IMG/VR virus record: IMGVR_UViG_3300009785_000024
DNA: 64,000 bases
DNA from: an uncultured virus (IMG/VR IMGVR_UViG_3300009785_000024)
Taxonomy: Duplodnaviria; Heunggongvirae; Uroviricota; Caudoviricetes
Direction: 5' to 3' (one strand)
Shown here in pieces: positions 18,764 through 29,367 of this stretch. The notes under the pieces were generated by a model. It made no database searches. It was not told the DNA's origin and saw only the letters and a list, made by a program, of their open reading frames with translations. The position numbers were made by a program, and so were the translations under genes. The stretch's first letter is position 1, and each line of letters opens with the position of its first letter.

Positions 18764-19291
18764 TTAAGTAGTCGTTCTTGCCTCAAAGAATAGGTATCTA
18801 AACGCCACTTCAAATGTTTCAACTGCTTCTGTTGGTTCCATATTCAAATCAATGCCACCGATAGAAGTTGGAAAACAACCTCTTAAAGTGTATGATTTAA
18901 TAGTAGAGCCATTTCTGTCTAAATGGTCAATAAATGCGTCTACTTGATAATCTACTGGATTAACTAATCCTTCGTTATCAGACATATTATTGATTCCATT
19001 TTGCCATCTTTCAAAAGCGTCTCTTAATTTGAAGTTTGTATCGTTAAGTACCGTAATACTCCAAGGTTCAAAGTTTCTATCAGCTGCAAGATATACAGGT
19101 CTTCCACGGAAGTTAACCGTAGTAGTACCAATAGACATTGCAGGTATGCTTGTCGTTTGACATAAGAACGCTAGTTCTTCTGTTTCTCCACCAACTTGTG
19201 CATAACCAGGGAAAGGCATTGTTACCTTAAATTGGTTTGCTCTAGCTCCACCGCCAGCAAGTTTAGTTTTGAAGTCATTAATGTTTGCCAT
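18764..19291 (-). CDS. gp19: Tail tube protein
   Basis: GGARANQF, FRGR...DR.F..W.ITV.ND, GCFPT. Confidence 0.95.
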   Translation of the reverse strand: MANINDFKTKLAGGGARANQFKVTMPFPGYAQVGGETEELAFLCQTTSIPAMSIGTTTVNFRGRPVYLAADRNFEPWSITVLNDTNFKLRDAFERWQNGINNMSDNEGLVNPVDYQVDAFIDHLDRNGSTIKSYTLRGCFPTSIGGIDLNMEPTEAVETFEVAFRYLFFEARTTT

Positions 19292-19310
19292 TTTTTATTT
19301 CTCCTCTTTA

Positions 19311-21245
19311 CTAACCTGCGACTTCTGAAAAAGCCACACCAGTTCTGGTTGCGACAAAAGATAATGTGATAAAGTTGATACTTCTTGCTGGTTTAATGTA
19401 AATCTCAGCAATAAACTCGTTTCTATCAATTACTTCGCCTGTGTTATTTGTTTCATCACATACTACTAAAAAGTCTGTGATACCTCGTCTACCTTGTACT
19501 TCTCTTAAAAAAGGTTCTGTTAGGTTTCTAAAGTTAGCTCTTGTAAACTCATCATTGAATTCAAAGAGTTGAAATTTAGAAGCTGTAGCAATTGCCTTTT
19601 CTAAAACAATGAACAATCTTCGTACATTTATTCTATCAAATGCAGATGGTGTTGTTAGTCCAGTCTTATCACCAAACAAGATAATACCTTGACCAGGGAA
19701 AGAAACAACTGGGTTTACTCTCGCTCTGTAAAGTTCGTCTCGTTGAGTTTTGTTTGGACTATAAGCAAGTTTAACTGCACCTCTAACAATACCTCTGTTT
19801 AATCCAGCAGGACTAAACCAAGCGTCATTAGTTAAATCAGTTCTTGCTGACAAACCAGCCATATCTCCGTTTAACGGTACATATCTATATACATCAGAAT
19901 ATCTGTCATACATATATTTGTAACCACTATCAAAGATTACATAACTAGATGATTGTACTGCATTGAAGAACGCAAGTACATTATTAGTTTGAGTTATAGC
20001 AGAAGCAATATTAACTACATCACTTCTTTGTGGACTAGCAAATACTATACAATCTTTTCTTGTTTCAGCGATTGTAATTAAATCACCAATCAAGTTCAGA
20101 CTTGCTGGACCAGCCATTATCAAACCAACATCAACGGTTTCTGAATCTTGGAACAATTCAAATGCAGACTTTCTAGCACCGTCAGTCACACTTCCATCAG
20201 CACCGTTTCCGAATGTTAATGCAATAGGTCCTGATACAGCAGTGAAAGCAGTATTTGCTTTTGCGTTACCCCAATTAGTTCCGTTTGAGTTATGGTCTCC
20301 CCAAAAGATGAAAGATGATTTCTTGTAAATAACTTCTGGATAGAAATTATTAGAACCACCAGCGTCTTTTGCGTCTTTAGCTTTTGATACTTTTTCGTAT
20401 ACTTCTAGTACTTCGCCTTTAGTTCCTGATATAGAACCGTCAGCGTCTATAACGACAACATGAATTTCATCATCACTACCACCGGCAGCTAATACATCTG
20501 GAGATGTTCCAGGTGCACCACTTACAAAATCGTAATGTGACCATCTTCGTCTAACATTAGCGCCATCTAAGATAACTCTAGTTAAACCACCTGAACCAAC
20601 TTTTTTCTTAATTGTAATGTCGTTAGTTGATACGGCTGTTACCTCGTATTCAATTCCGTCATCATAATCGTTAGTAGCGGCTGATGTTGAAAATGCAACA
20701 ATGTCACCAACATTAATGTTAGTTCCACTTGTCATTGTTATAGTTGTGTCGCCAATTGATACTGCACTATCGTTTACGGTTGTAACCGCATCCAGTGAGT
20801 ATGCAGTAGCAGAAGGACATACAGAAACAGATAAACTATTTCCATAAGCGCCAGCTGTTCTTGCGACAAACTCCCTACCAGAAATACCAGTGTAAGCACC
20901 ATCTGCTAAGTATGTTGAGTTATATTGGTCAGTATTTTTGACCAATACTGCTGAACCACCGTTGGTTACAGCGTTTAAAATTCCAGGGTTTTCAGTTCGT
21001 ACTAGCTTCAGAGCATTGGAATACTGAAGGAAAGATGAAGCAGTAAAATACTCTTCAAAGTTCGTTGCAGTAGGTTTTCCAAAGATACTAACTAATTCTT
21101 GTTCAGAAGAGATAAGCGTTACCTCTCCAACTGGACCTCTACTTGAATTTAGAGCATATGCTCCAATACTAGTAGATACAGCAGGAATTATATTAGTTAA
21201 ATCCTTTTCTTGTACGAGAACGCCTGGTGATACTTGAAATGCCAT
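19311..21245 (-). CDS. gp18: Tail sheath protein
   Basis: SPGV..QEKD, WFSPAG..RG, FDRINVRRLF, IKPARSINFI.L.FVA. Confidence 0.98.
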   Translation of the reverse strand: MAFQVSPGVLVQEKDLTNIIPAVSTSIGAYALNSSRGPVGEVTLISSEQELVSIFGKPTATNFEEYFTASSFLQYSNALKLVRTENPGILNAVTNGGSAVLVKNTDQYNSTYLADGAYTGISGREFVARTAGAYGNSLSVSVCPSATAYSLDAVTTVNDSAVSIGDTTITMTSGTNINVGDIVAFSTSAATNDYDDGIEYEVTAVSTNDITIKKKVGSGGLTRVILDGANVRRRWSHYDFVSGAPGTSPDVLAAGGSDDEIHVVVIDADGSISGTKGEVLEVYEKVSKAKDAKDAGGSNNFYPEVIYKKSSFIFWGDHNSNGTNWGNAKANTAFTAVSGPIALTFGNGADGSVTDGARKSAFELFQDSETVDVGLIMAGPASLNLIGDLITIAETRKDCIVFASPQRSDVVNIASAITQTNNVLAFFNAVQSSSYVIFDSGYKYMYDRYSDVYRYVPLNGDMAGLSARTDLTNDAWFSPAGLNRGIVRGAVKLAYSPNKTQRDELYRARVNPVVSFPGQGIILFGDKTGLTTPSAFDRINVRRLFIVLEKAIATASKFQLFEFNDEFTRANFRNLTEPFLREVQGRRGITDFLVVCDETNNTGEVIDRNEFIAEIYIKPARSINFITLSFVATRTGVAFSEVAG

Positions 21246-21380
21246 TAGGTTTTCTCCTCTATTTTATTGTTTGTATTTTTATAAAAATACATAATGTTTT
21301 CCTTTGTCAAAATTCGTATTATTCATACGCCCATATTCAAATTTCTCAATCGTTTATATTTATCAAATAGGGAAGCTTCA

Positions 21381-23012
21381 TCAACTACCTTTGCGTACAG
21401 CGGGATGCCAAATCTGTCCATATTCGTCTGAAAACGGTTGTTCTTCTTCTGTATCAATACCATTATCCACGAATCCAAACGGCGCCATATCTTGTTCTAT
21501 TAACTTTTCTTGTTCAGCATACATTTCTGCTCTGATATTTCTATCAGTCATTTCTTTGAAATACCTTTGGTTTGCAACCCAACCTAATATAGTTAGACAA
21601 GTCATATAGTCATCATTGCAACCTTCTTCAGCTTGCCAACTTTGATTTTTTCTTGTAAAGGTAGACATTTCTCCGATAATATTAAAGTCATTAAGAATTA
21701 TTTTATCAGACTCTATAATCGCTTTGATGTTTGCAGTACCTATTTTTTTAATCTGTTTAGTCATTCGTACACCTAATTGTGAACCTCTTGCACTAAACAT
21801 AGCGCCAAGTATTTGTCCAGCTCTACCTTTCTGTGTAGTCATTAACATATTGTCATACTCTAATTCATAATGTAAACCATCTGAAATCTGAGCACCAATA
21901 TCATTGACCTCTACAAGTATATGTGCTTTGTTATATTGTGTACAGACTTGAGCAATCGTATTAGGAAATAATATAGGTTTAATCTCATTGTCTCTAAATG
22001 TTGCAACCACTCTATAAGGTAAAGAGGTTACATCAAATATAATAAACGCTGAGAAATCTTTTAGTGTACCTCTGGCAACATCAACCGTACATAAGTAAGT
22101 ATTGCCTTTTACAACTTCTTCAAAGATACTCAATCGTCCATTTGTTTTAAGTGGTGTCATATACGGTGTCGCTTTGATTTTAGCAGGATTGATTAATGTA
22201 TCAATACTTCCTAAAAACTCACACTCAAACTCACTAGCAAATTGAGACTCACTAGTGTTTCTTATTGTTTCTTCTTTCCACTTAACATCTCTACCTGGTA
22301 CTTCTGACCAATGTACTTCAATAGGTATGTAATCGTTTTGTCCTGCTTCAGCGTCAACCCATAGTTTATAAAATTGATTCATTCCGTGAGGAGTTGAAAC
22401 GATAATAACTTTAGTTGACTTACCAGAAGTAATCGTAGGATAAACGGAACTAAAAAATTGTTCAGCAATAGTTGTAGGTACGAAAGCAAACTCGTCAAGG
22501 AAGATAATGTTATATGAACCTCCTCGAACAGCACTTGAAGATGTTGCAGCTGCTACTACTTTACTTCCATTCTCTAATTCTATATTACCTTTGTTCCAGT
22601 TTAACACACCTTGTTGTAACCATTTTGGTAAATTCTCATATGCAAGTTGTAGTCTTCCTAATATATCTCTTGCAGTAGATGATTTGTTTGCCAATATAGC
22701 AATATTACTATTAGGATTAAATAACGCATAATGTAATAGATATGATATAGTTGTTGTAGACTTACCTGATTGTCTAGGTAGTTTACAAATAGTAAATCTA
22801 TTCTCATGTATTGTTTTTACAATTTTTTCTTGGAAAGGATACATATCAAAAGGCACTAGTCCTTCATCAAGTGAAACAATCTGTACATATGATTTCATAA
22901 AGTACACAGGATTATTTTCACATTTTTTAAACTCCTTAATCTCCTCAGAAGTAAACTCTTGTGGTGTGTTTACTTTTTTTAGATTAGGGTTACCTAGATA
23001 TGCGTCTGTCAT
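21381..23012 (-). CDS. gp17: Terminase large subunit
   Basis: YLGNPNLK, PRQSGKST, FLDEFAF, STP.G.N.FY, C-terminal nuclease with DD. Confidence 0.98.
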   Translation of the reverse strand: MTDAYLGNPNLKKVNTPQEFTSEEIKEFKKCENNPVYFMKSYVQIVSLDEGLVPFDMYPFQEKIVKTIHENRFTICKLPRQSGKSTTTISYLLHYALFNPNSNIAILANKSSTARDILGRLQLAYENLPKWLQQGVLNWNKGNIELENGSKVVAAATSSSAVRGGSYNIIFLDEFAFVPTTIAEQFFSSVYPTITSGKSTKVIIVSTPHGMNQFYKLWVDAEAGQNDYIPIEVHWSEVPGRDVKWKEETIRNTSESQFASEFECEFLGSIDTLINPAKIKATPYMTPLKTNGRLSIFEEVVKGNTYLCTVDVARGTLKDFSAFIIFDVTSLPYRVVATFRDNEIKPILFPNTIAQVCTQYNKAHILVEVNDIGAQISDGLHYELEYDNMLMTTQKGRAGQILGAMFSARGSQLGVRMTKQIKKIGTANIKAIIESDKIILNDFNIIGEMSTFTRKNQSWQAEEGCNDDYMTCLTILGWVANQRYFKEMTDRNIRAEMYAEQEKLIEQDMAPFGFVDNGIDTEEEQPFSDEYGQIWHPAVRKGS

Positions 23013-23015
23013 AAC

Positions 23016-23504
23016 TTAATCTTTTCCTTCAATTGATGTATCTTTAAAGGGGTCGTTTGATATGTCTCTTGGTTGTTCATCAAACTTTTTGTCCTTTAAA
23101 TGTTTTTGTAGTTCAGCAGTTGAACCTACAAACAAAGCATTCTTAATGTTATTAGTTGTCTTATTCGGTACATCTTTTAGTTTAGATAATTTACTTTGTA
23201 AGTCTTGTAATTTATCAACGGTGTCGGCTACATTTTTAATTAATGCACCTGCGACTTCATATGCTCTTGGGTGTTGCCCTTCTTTTGCAACATCTAAAAT
23301 GCCTTGTATTGCGTCTTGTCCTCGTTCAATTAAATTATAGTAATTTTCTCTACTATATTTGTAATCGTTTTCTATATCGTCTTTCTTTGGGTCTTCAACT
23401 CTAGGTACAGGTACAGACTTCTCTTGCAACATTAATTCTGCTACAGGAGTACTCTCTTCTTTGATACCTAAAATATCATTTACTTTGTCTTCTAGTTTAC
23501 CCAT
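23016..23504 (-). CDS. gp16: Terminase small subunit
   Basis: DY.YSRENYY.LIE.G, HPRAYEV, NALFVGSTAELQK. Confidence 0.93.
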   Translation of the reverse strand: MGKLEDKVNDILGIKEESTPVAELMLQEKSVPVPRVEDPKKDDIENDYKYSRENYYNLIERGQDAIQGILDVAKEGQHPRAYEVAGALIKNVADTVDKLQDLQSKLSKLKDVPNKTTNNIKNALFVGSTAELQKHLKDKKFDEQPRDISNDPFKDTSIEGKD

Positions 23505-24129
23505 TGTTTACGACCTTGAAGTTTGTATTTAAAACTATTCTACTATTAGATTTAACTGGATTACTACTTGCGTGAAATCTCCAACCATGAAATATTACGC
23601 AACGATTTGCTTTTGGTTTAACTCTCTTAGCAATACTTAGTGTTTCTGGTTTCTTATCTTTACTAAAAAACTCATTAAACAATATAGTATCACCATCTGT
23701 ATCTGTTGGATAGTAAATGCAAACCATATGTTCTTCGTCTTCATCATCAACATGAGCCATATTATATTTACCATCTTTGAAATCAGGATGTGGAAACATT
23801 AAATTAAATTTTGCTCTTAACATTTCTACCTTATCAAACTCTTTTGTAAGTAGTCCTGCTTTGCCAACCATTTCAGATAATGAATGTCTTATAGGTTCAA
23901 TGGCAGGATTTTGAGGTCCTCTTTGAGGTTGATTGTGTAAAAAAACTCTGTGTACCATTTGTGTAGACGAAAATGTATTATCATCTTTTACAATGCCTTT
24001 ATTGTCTACTTGATTTGGTAGGATATCCATAGATAGGATATATGCTAGTCTTGTAATGTTTTGTTGAAAGCTGTTATTTACGACTTCTGGTAAAACATTG
24101 TCTAATACTATTATTTCTTCTTTGTTCAT
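23497..24129 (-). CDS. 2OG-Fe(II) oxygenase
   Basis: AHVD..CIYY...DGDT.LF..PKANR.VIF.G..FHASS.P...RIVLN. Confidence 0.8.
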   Translation of the reverse strand: MNKEEIIVLDNVLPEVVNNSFQQNITRLAYILSMDILPNQVDNKGIVKDDNTFSSTQMVHRVFLHNQPQRGPQNPAIEPIRHSLSEMVGKAGLLTKEFDKVEMLRAKFNLMFPHPDFKDGKYNMAHVDDEDEEHMVCIYYPTDTDGDTILFNEFFSKDKKPETLSIAKRVKPKANRCVIFHGWRFHASSNPVKSNSRIVLNTNFKVVNNG

Positions 24130-24141
24130 TTATACCTCTCA

Positions 24142-24954
24142 TTATGTATCACTTCCAGTTGATGGGTCAAATTTCTTTCCATCGTTAAAGAATGATATAT
24201 TTGTTGTAAATCCGAAATCGTCACCAGGTGTTGCTGATGATGGATTTGGTGTTATCACTATTCTCTCTTCTCTTGCTTTATTTATTGTATCTGTACCAAG
24301 GTCTGTTTGTACTTTTCTAACAACACCTTGACTAGTTGACGGTCCATATAGATAGGTTTTTGCAGTAAAGTTAATTGTATAAATTACTGCTCTTCTTGTA
24401 CTAAAGTCTCCGTCATAATTATCTTCGTATGCAATGTCGCCTATGATAATAGGTACATCACGCTTAATGTTCATGTCTGGTATCATATTTATAGTCACCG
24501 TATAATCGGGTTGAAAATACGGAACTATCTGTTCCATAATCTGTAATCCATTTTCTGCTGTTGCAGTAAAGATATACAAAGAGTAAGTTATGTTATACGG
24601 AACAGGTGTATAATTAAACTTCATATTTTGTTGTTGAGCAGTAGTAGAACCTTCTGTTGATGGAGTTCTAGTTTTTGTCAACTTATTTAATTTTCTACTA
24701 GGGTCATATTGTAGACCACTAATTTGAAAACCTATACGAGGTAGAATAGTTGAAAATTGTGTATCTTGTAAATCAGGTTGTTGTGTTAATCTTGTAATAA
24801 ACTTTTCTTTAGGTGCATATGCTAAAGGCACCGTATATCGTTTTACAACTGAACCGTTTGCGTCTTTTGTTTGTACAATAATCTTATTAAAAATCTGTCC
24901 AAACGCAATAGTTAGTTTTCTTAATCCTTCGTTATAAAAATGTGTTCCGAACAT
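24142..24954 (-). CDS. gp15: Tail sheath stabilizer/terminator
   Basis: FG..FN, VPLAYAPKEKF, LPRI.F, PVPYN, EQI.P.FQP. Confidence 0.95.
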   Translation of the reverse strand: MFGTHFYNEGLRKLTIAFGQIFNKIIVQTKDANGSVVKRYTVPLAYAPKEKFITRLTQQPDLQDTQFSTILPRIGFQISGLQYDPSRKLNKLTKTRTPSTEGSTTAQQQNMKFNYTPVPYNITYSLYIFTATAENGLQIMEQIVPYFQPDYTVTINMIPDMNIKRDVPIIIGDIAYEDNYDGDFSTRRAVIYTINFTAKTYLYGPSTSQGVVRKVQTDLGTDTINKAREERIVITPNPSSATPGDDFGFTTNISFFNDGKKFDPSTGSDT

Positions 24955-25793
24955 TACTTAACATCTCCAAATGGGTTGCTTTCTGTAAAGTCTAATATGT
25001 CATCTGAAACCGTTGCAGTATCAAAACCTGCTTCAGTATCTAAATCTAAATTATCAGCGTAAACAGACCTTGTTTGTATACTTGTAGCGGCGTCTCCGTC
25101 TGTAGTAATATCATCAAATTCTTCTTGTATTACATACTGAGGATTACCATTTGCGTCACCTTGTTCTAGTTGTAAGAAACCAGAATAAGAAGACTGATTT
25201 AGTGTACCGTCTTCAAGTCTAAATTGGTATTGTAAACTTGTATCTAATGATAGTCTATCATCTGCTGAATCTATTGCACCAACTCCTGTGTTAAACTCTT
25301 CACTTGAATATTCAAAAGTTTTACATCTTAATTTGTAAACAGGTAAAGCACCTAATTGAAAGAACGGCTCTTGGTCTTCGACAAATGCAACTTCAAAAAA
25401 CTTGTTCATTAAAGGATAGTATATTACATCACCTTCGTTAGGTCGACCATCTACTACTAAGTTTGCAGTATCATCAACTTGTTCTTGGAATCTTCTCTTT
25501 GCGATTACAAAAGTTGTATCGTCTCTTATTTCTAAACCAAACTTACTAATTATTTCTTGTTCGCCTTGGAATCCTTCTACCGTTTCAAAGTACATTTCAA
25601 CCATATACGAGTCGTCAAACCTAGACGCAGAGTCTTCGCCAAGAATTAAATCTCTATTGACAAGAGTTCTTGGTAAATAATAAACAGCGTGACCATAGAT
25701 TTTTAAATTTTCAACGATTAAATCTTCTATTAACCTTTTTTCATTTTGACTACCTATGCCATCGCCGCCTTGAAAGTAATGATTAACGGCCAT
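24954..25793 (-). CDS. gp14: Neck protein
   Basis: YYLPR, SKFGLEIRD, RPNEGD.IY.P, PFFQLG, F.YSSE. Confidence 0.95.
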   Translation of the reverse strand: MAVNHYFQGGDGIGSQNEKRLIEDLIVENLKIYGHAVYYLPRTLVNRDLILGEDSASRFDDSYMVEMYFETVEGFQGEQEIISKFGLEIRDDTTFVIAKRRFQEQVDDTANLVVDGRPNEGDVIYYPLMNKFFEVAFVEDQEPFFQLGALPVYKLRCKTFEYSSEEFNTGVGAIDSADDRLSLDTSLQYQFRLEDGTLNQSSYSGFLQLEQGDANGNPQYVIQEEFDDITTDGDAATSIQTRSVYADNLDLDTEAGFDTATVSDDILDFTESNPFGDVK

Positions 25794-25800
25794 TGTATTT

Positions 25801-26607
25801 TTATCCTATTAACATTGCTGGGTTTAGTTCAAACGAGTTTCTAATTTCTGTTTCTAATTTTTCTACATCTTGTAGTGCTTCAGAATAGATTTGTTGTCCG
25901 TTTAATGTAACCCCACCAATCATTGCTACTCCATTAAATTTAGAGAGGTTGGCACCCCATTGTTTTTTTACTAATGCAGTTGTGTATCTCTTTAACCAAA
26001 TGTCATCATATACATCTGTATAAGTGTCTGGGTCTAGTTTTCTGTATGCGTCAATAACTAGATACTCACCAACTTGCAAGTCGCTTCCCCAATCCATATC
26101 AATGTGTAATTTATTGTCATGTTGATTAAACCTTAATGGTTTTTCACCAACTAATATGTGGTCTAGGAAATCTAATTGTCTCATTACAATGTCATAGTTG
26201 ACAACACTTGTAGATGAGAAATCGTAAAGGTCATTTAGTCTTAACTGATATCTAACATCAAATAAGTTTAGACTACCTTTACTAGAAAAAGGAAATATGT
26301 TTTGTACTCCAACAATTGAATCAGGAACAATGATATAACCGTTTCCTGTTTTCCAAGTTGTGGTTACAGAATTTTTTGTGACACCTTCAGAAGTATCTGA
26401 TAGTATTCTAGTTTTGTCTGCCTGTGTGTATTGGTATTTTAAGTATACTCTTTTGATACCGTCATAATGATATTGTTGATAGTATTGTATTGCTTCATCA
26501 ACTCTATCATCTACTTGGTCATCATCAACATTAATTTCAATTACAGGATGTCCCAAGGCTCTCTTAGCATATGAGATAAGCGTCTGTCTAGTGTTAGGTA
26601 TGGCCAT
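25801..26607 (-). CDS. gp13: Neck protein
   Basis: RALG.PVIEINV...Q, WLK.Y.TAL.K.QWG.NLSKF, GGVTLNG. Confidence 0.95.
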   Translation of the reverse strand: MAIPNTRQTLISYAKRALGHPVIEINVDDDQVDDRVDEAIQYYQQYHYDGIKRVYLKYQYTQADKTRILSDTSEGVTKNSVTTTWKTGNGYIIVPDSIVGVQNIFPFSSKGSLNLFDVRYQLRLNDLYDFSSTSVVNYDIVMRQLDFLDHILVGEKPLRFNQHDNKLHIDMDWGSDLQVGEYLVIDAYRKLDPDTYTDVYDDIWLKRYTTALVKKQWGANLSKFNGVAMIGGVTLNGQQIYSEALQDVEKLETEIRNSFELNPAMLIG

Positions 26608-26632
26608 AGTTTTATTCCTTTGTCTTTAGCAA

Positions 26633-26640
26633 TATTTATA
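26633..26640 (-). promoter_or_regulatory. T4-type late promoter (gp13)
   Basis: TATAAATA upstream of gp13. Confidence 0.8.
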
Positions 26641-26641
26641 A

Positions 26642-26836
26642 TTATCCATGAGGGTCGATGTCCCATTTCGTGTCTTTATCGTCTTTTTTATCAAAATACC
26701 AACATACTAGTACAAATAACACCCCTATACCTATCAAACTTTGTATAGTTGTGTCGTATCGTAATAGAAACAATAAGATTTCTAAACCATTTGCACCATC
26801 ACTTATTAACCAATCAAGTTCTTCTTTTACATTCAT
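26642..26836 (-). CDS. Small membrane protein
   Basis: Hydrophobic segment IQSLIGIGVLFVLVCWYF; start overlaps the hemA stop. Confidence 0.6.
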   Translation of the reverse strand: MNVKEELDWLISDGANGLEILLFLLRYDTTIQSLIGIGVLFVLVCWYFDKKDDKDTKWDIDPHG

Positions 26837-28026
26837 TTAGTTTTACCACATCTTCGCATAGCAGATTTAACTTTAACTACCATATCAAATATCATCATAT
26901 CTGTATGAAATGGTGTAGGTGTAAATCTTAGTCTTTCAGTACCAACAGCAACCGTAGGATAGTTAATAGGTTGTACATAGATACCATCTTTGTAAAGTAA
27001 TTCATCTGAAACTGCTTTACATTTTTTAGCGTCACCTATAATTACTGGTACGATATGACTATCGTTTTGTAATACTTCTATACCTTGTCTTGTTAATTCT
27101 TCTTTTGTTTTTTGAGCTCGTTCTTGTAGTTGTTCTCTTAATTCTGGATGGTCTTTAACATACTTAATACTTGTTAAAGCACCGGCACATAGTACAGGCG
27201 ATAAACTAGTTGTAAATATAAACGCACTTGCCATACTTCTAATTGCGTCTATAAACTCTCTCTTTCCACAAATGTAACCTCCCTGTACACCATAGGCCTT
27301 TGCTAATGTTCCATTAATAATATCAACATCAACATTATCTCGTTCACAAATACCAGCACCTTTTGGTCCGTATAAACCAACTCCGTGTACTTCATCAATG
27401 TACGATATAGCTTTATACTTTTTACATAAATCAGCAATCTCTTTTACAGGTGCAATATCTCCGTCCATACTATAGACACTTTCAAATACTACACATTTAG
27501 GACCAGGGTTAGACTTTAAGATACTTTCTAAATCGTCTAAATCATTATGTTTAAATATTTCTTTTTTACATTTACTATGTCTTAATCCTTGTATGATAGA
27601 AGAATGATTTTCGGCGTCTGAAATAAATAAAATTTCAGGCATAATCTTGCCCATAGTTTCTAAAGTTGTTTGATTAGCGTTGTATGCTGAAGTGAATAAT
27701 AACGCACTTTCTTTGTCGTGTAATTGAGTTAATTCGTGTTCTAATGCAATGTGATAGTGAGTTGTACCGGAGATGTTTCTCGTCCCTCCAGCACCCGCTC
27801 CGCTCGTCTCCAGTGCTGTTTTCATGCTATCTATAACATAAGAATGTTGGCCCATGCCTAGATAATCATTTGAACACCAGTTGACTATTTTTTTGATTGA
27901 GTATTTTGAATACCAGATTGCGTTAGGATAACTACCTCTGGTTCGTAAGATATCATTGAATACACGGTATCTACCGTCAGCTTTTAATTCTGTTATTATT
28001 TTTTTAAATTTATCTAAATGTTCCAT
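26833..28026 (-). CDS. hemA: 5-aminolevulinate synthase (Shemin/C4 pathway)
   Basis: GRYRVF, WCSNDYLGMG, GAGGTRNISGT, FESVYSMDGD, DEVH, GTLAKAYG, YVQPINYPTV..G.ERLR.TP. Likely start MEHLDK (TAATG overlap). Confidence 0.95.
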   Translation of the reverse strand: MEHLDKFKKIITELKADGRYRVFNDILRTRGSYPNAIWYSKYSIKKIVNWCSNDYLGMGQHSYVIDSMKTALETSGAGAGGTRNISGTTHYHIALEHELTQLHDKESALLFTSAYNANQTTLETMGKIMPEILFISDAENHSSIIQGLRHSKCKKEIFKHNDLDDLESILKSNPGPKCVVFESVYSMDGDIAPVKEIADLCKKYKAISYIDEVHGVGLYGPKGAGICERDNVDVDIINGTLAKAYGVQGGYICGKREFIDAIRSMASAFIFTTSLSPVLCAGALTSIKYVKDHPELREQLQERAQKTKEELTRQGIEVLQNDSHIVPVIIGDAKKCKAVSDELLYKDGIYVQPINYPTVAVGTERLRFTPTPFHTDMMIFDMVVKVKSAMRRCGKTK

Positions 28027-28727
28027 TATTCCACATAAGGAAATAAAGCGTCTGTACAAAATTCTTTTACATCATCTTCAGGTAAACCTAAACTTAACAT
28101 AACTCTAGGAGTATGTGGATTCTCTCTTTGATGTTTTGCGTATCTGTTTTGTGCGTCTTTGATTTCCTGTAAGTCTCCTACTTCGTTGTTTCTTCTTAGT
28201 AGTGTAAAGTATACTTGTAAATTTGCTTGTGCCATACTTAACGCTTGTGTTAATTCTTTTTCAGTATTAATATTACCAGCCGCAATCATACCTGGACTAA
28301 AGATTTTCATAGCCCAATCAGGTAATGGTCTTGCTTTTGATGGTGTATAATTACTTGCTTCTTTTACAAACCAATCTACCATTGAATGGTCTCTCTTTGC
28401 AAGAGGAGAAAAGTCGTGGAAGAAACCTGTAACCTTTTTTGCACCTGCGATTACATCTAATCCAAATATAGGTGCTTCACTTGTTAGATTAGGAAACACA
28501 CAGCAATGAAACATAAACAAACCTTTTTCGTCTCTAGCGTCAACTACATCTAAATGACATCTTCTTGCTTCAGGTGTTTTCCATACTCTATTAACCCAAC
28601 CTTCTTCAGGTCTATTAAACTTTTTCATTGCAGGTTCAAATATCTCTTCACCTTCTCTTTCAAAATTTGCGATAATACTTTGAGTGTGTTGCTCAAGCAT
28701 TTCCCATATTCTACTTCTTCGTTCCAT
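28026..28727 (-). CDS. pcyX: Ferredoxin-dependent bilin reductase (PcyX/PcyA-like)
   Basis: RRCHLDV, HCCVFP....PIFG.D, DFSP, R.LP.WA..IFS, Q..Y...Q..NPHT. The subfamily call is from context and less certain than the family call. Confidence 0.85.
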   Translation of the reverse strand: MERRSRIWEMLEQHTQSIIANFEREGEEIFEPAMKKFNRPEEGWVNRVWKTPEARRCHLDVVDARDEKGLFMFHCCVFPNLTSEAPIFGLDVIAGAKKVTGFFHDFSPLAKRDHSMVDWFVKEASNYTPSKARPLPDWAMKIFSPGMIAAGNINTEKELTQALSMAQANLQVYFTLLRRNNEVGDLQEIKDAQNRYAKHQRENPHTPRVMLSLGLPEDDVKEFCTDALFPYVE

Positions 28728-29367
28728 CACCAAACCTCTTTTCATTGTTATTAATAAATGTCATCATTTCTTTAAATAGTTCCGTTGCAAAACTAAAACA
28801 AACTCTTGCTTCGTATACAACATTATTTACATTTTCTGTAAGTGTACTTGCGTCTGAATACTTTTGATAACTATCCACTTTTAATCTTAATGCGTCTTTT
28901 AATTCTTGTACACTTTTATATTTCTGTACACCGTCATCAACTTTTTTAAAATTGAAATCATAATAATAATTACGACCTGGTGTCTTTCTTCTAATCATCT
29001 GCCCACCTGATAAATCACCCATATGTCTTACATATATATGTGCAGCTATTTTCTCTGGAGAATCCATTAATGTTTGACAATGGTCTATGTACTTTTTAGT
29101 ACTCTCACATAACCAAGGTTTATGGTCCCAAGTCCATAGTTCATTAAAATCTTTTAAGATTTCTGGCGCTCTTCTTAATTGTGGCATATCATCAAAGAAA
29201 CCTTCCGACATTGCGACTGCTTCTAATATATTATATGCTTGATGTTGATTGTAAAGATAAACAGCGTAAACTTCTTCTAATATCTTTCCAGACATTAATA
29301 CTTTTACAAATTGTTGTCTTTCTGCTTCTTTATGATGTTCCCAAGTTAATTCTTTTAATGTCTTCAT
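28711..29367 (-). CDS. hemO: Heme oxygenase
   Basis: LKELT...H..AE (proximal His), AHIYVRHMGDLSGGQ distal helix, EA..F. Confidence 0.93.
   Translation of the reverse strand: MKTLKELTWEHHKEAERQQFVKVLMSGKILEEVYAVYLYNQHQAYNILEAVAMSEGFFDDMPQLRRAPEILKDFNELWTWDHKPWLCESTKKYIDHCQTLMDSPEKIAAHIYVRHMGDLSGGQMIRRKTPGRNYYYDFNFKKVDDGVQKYKSVQELKDALRLKVDSYQKYSDASTLTENVNNVVYEARVCFSFATELFKEMMTFINNNEKRFGDGTKK

Noticed and set aside
4638..23012. Introns, inteins or homing endonucleases in gp46, uvsW, gp20, gp17
   Set aside because: Gene lengths and motif spacing are normal; no insertions seen.
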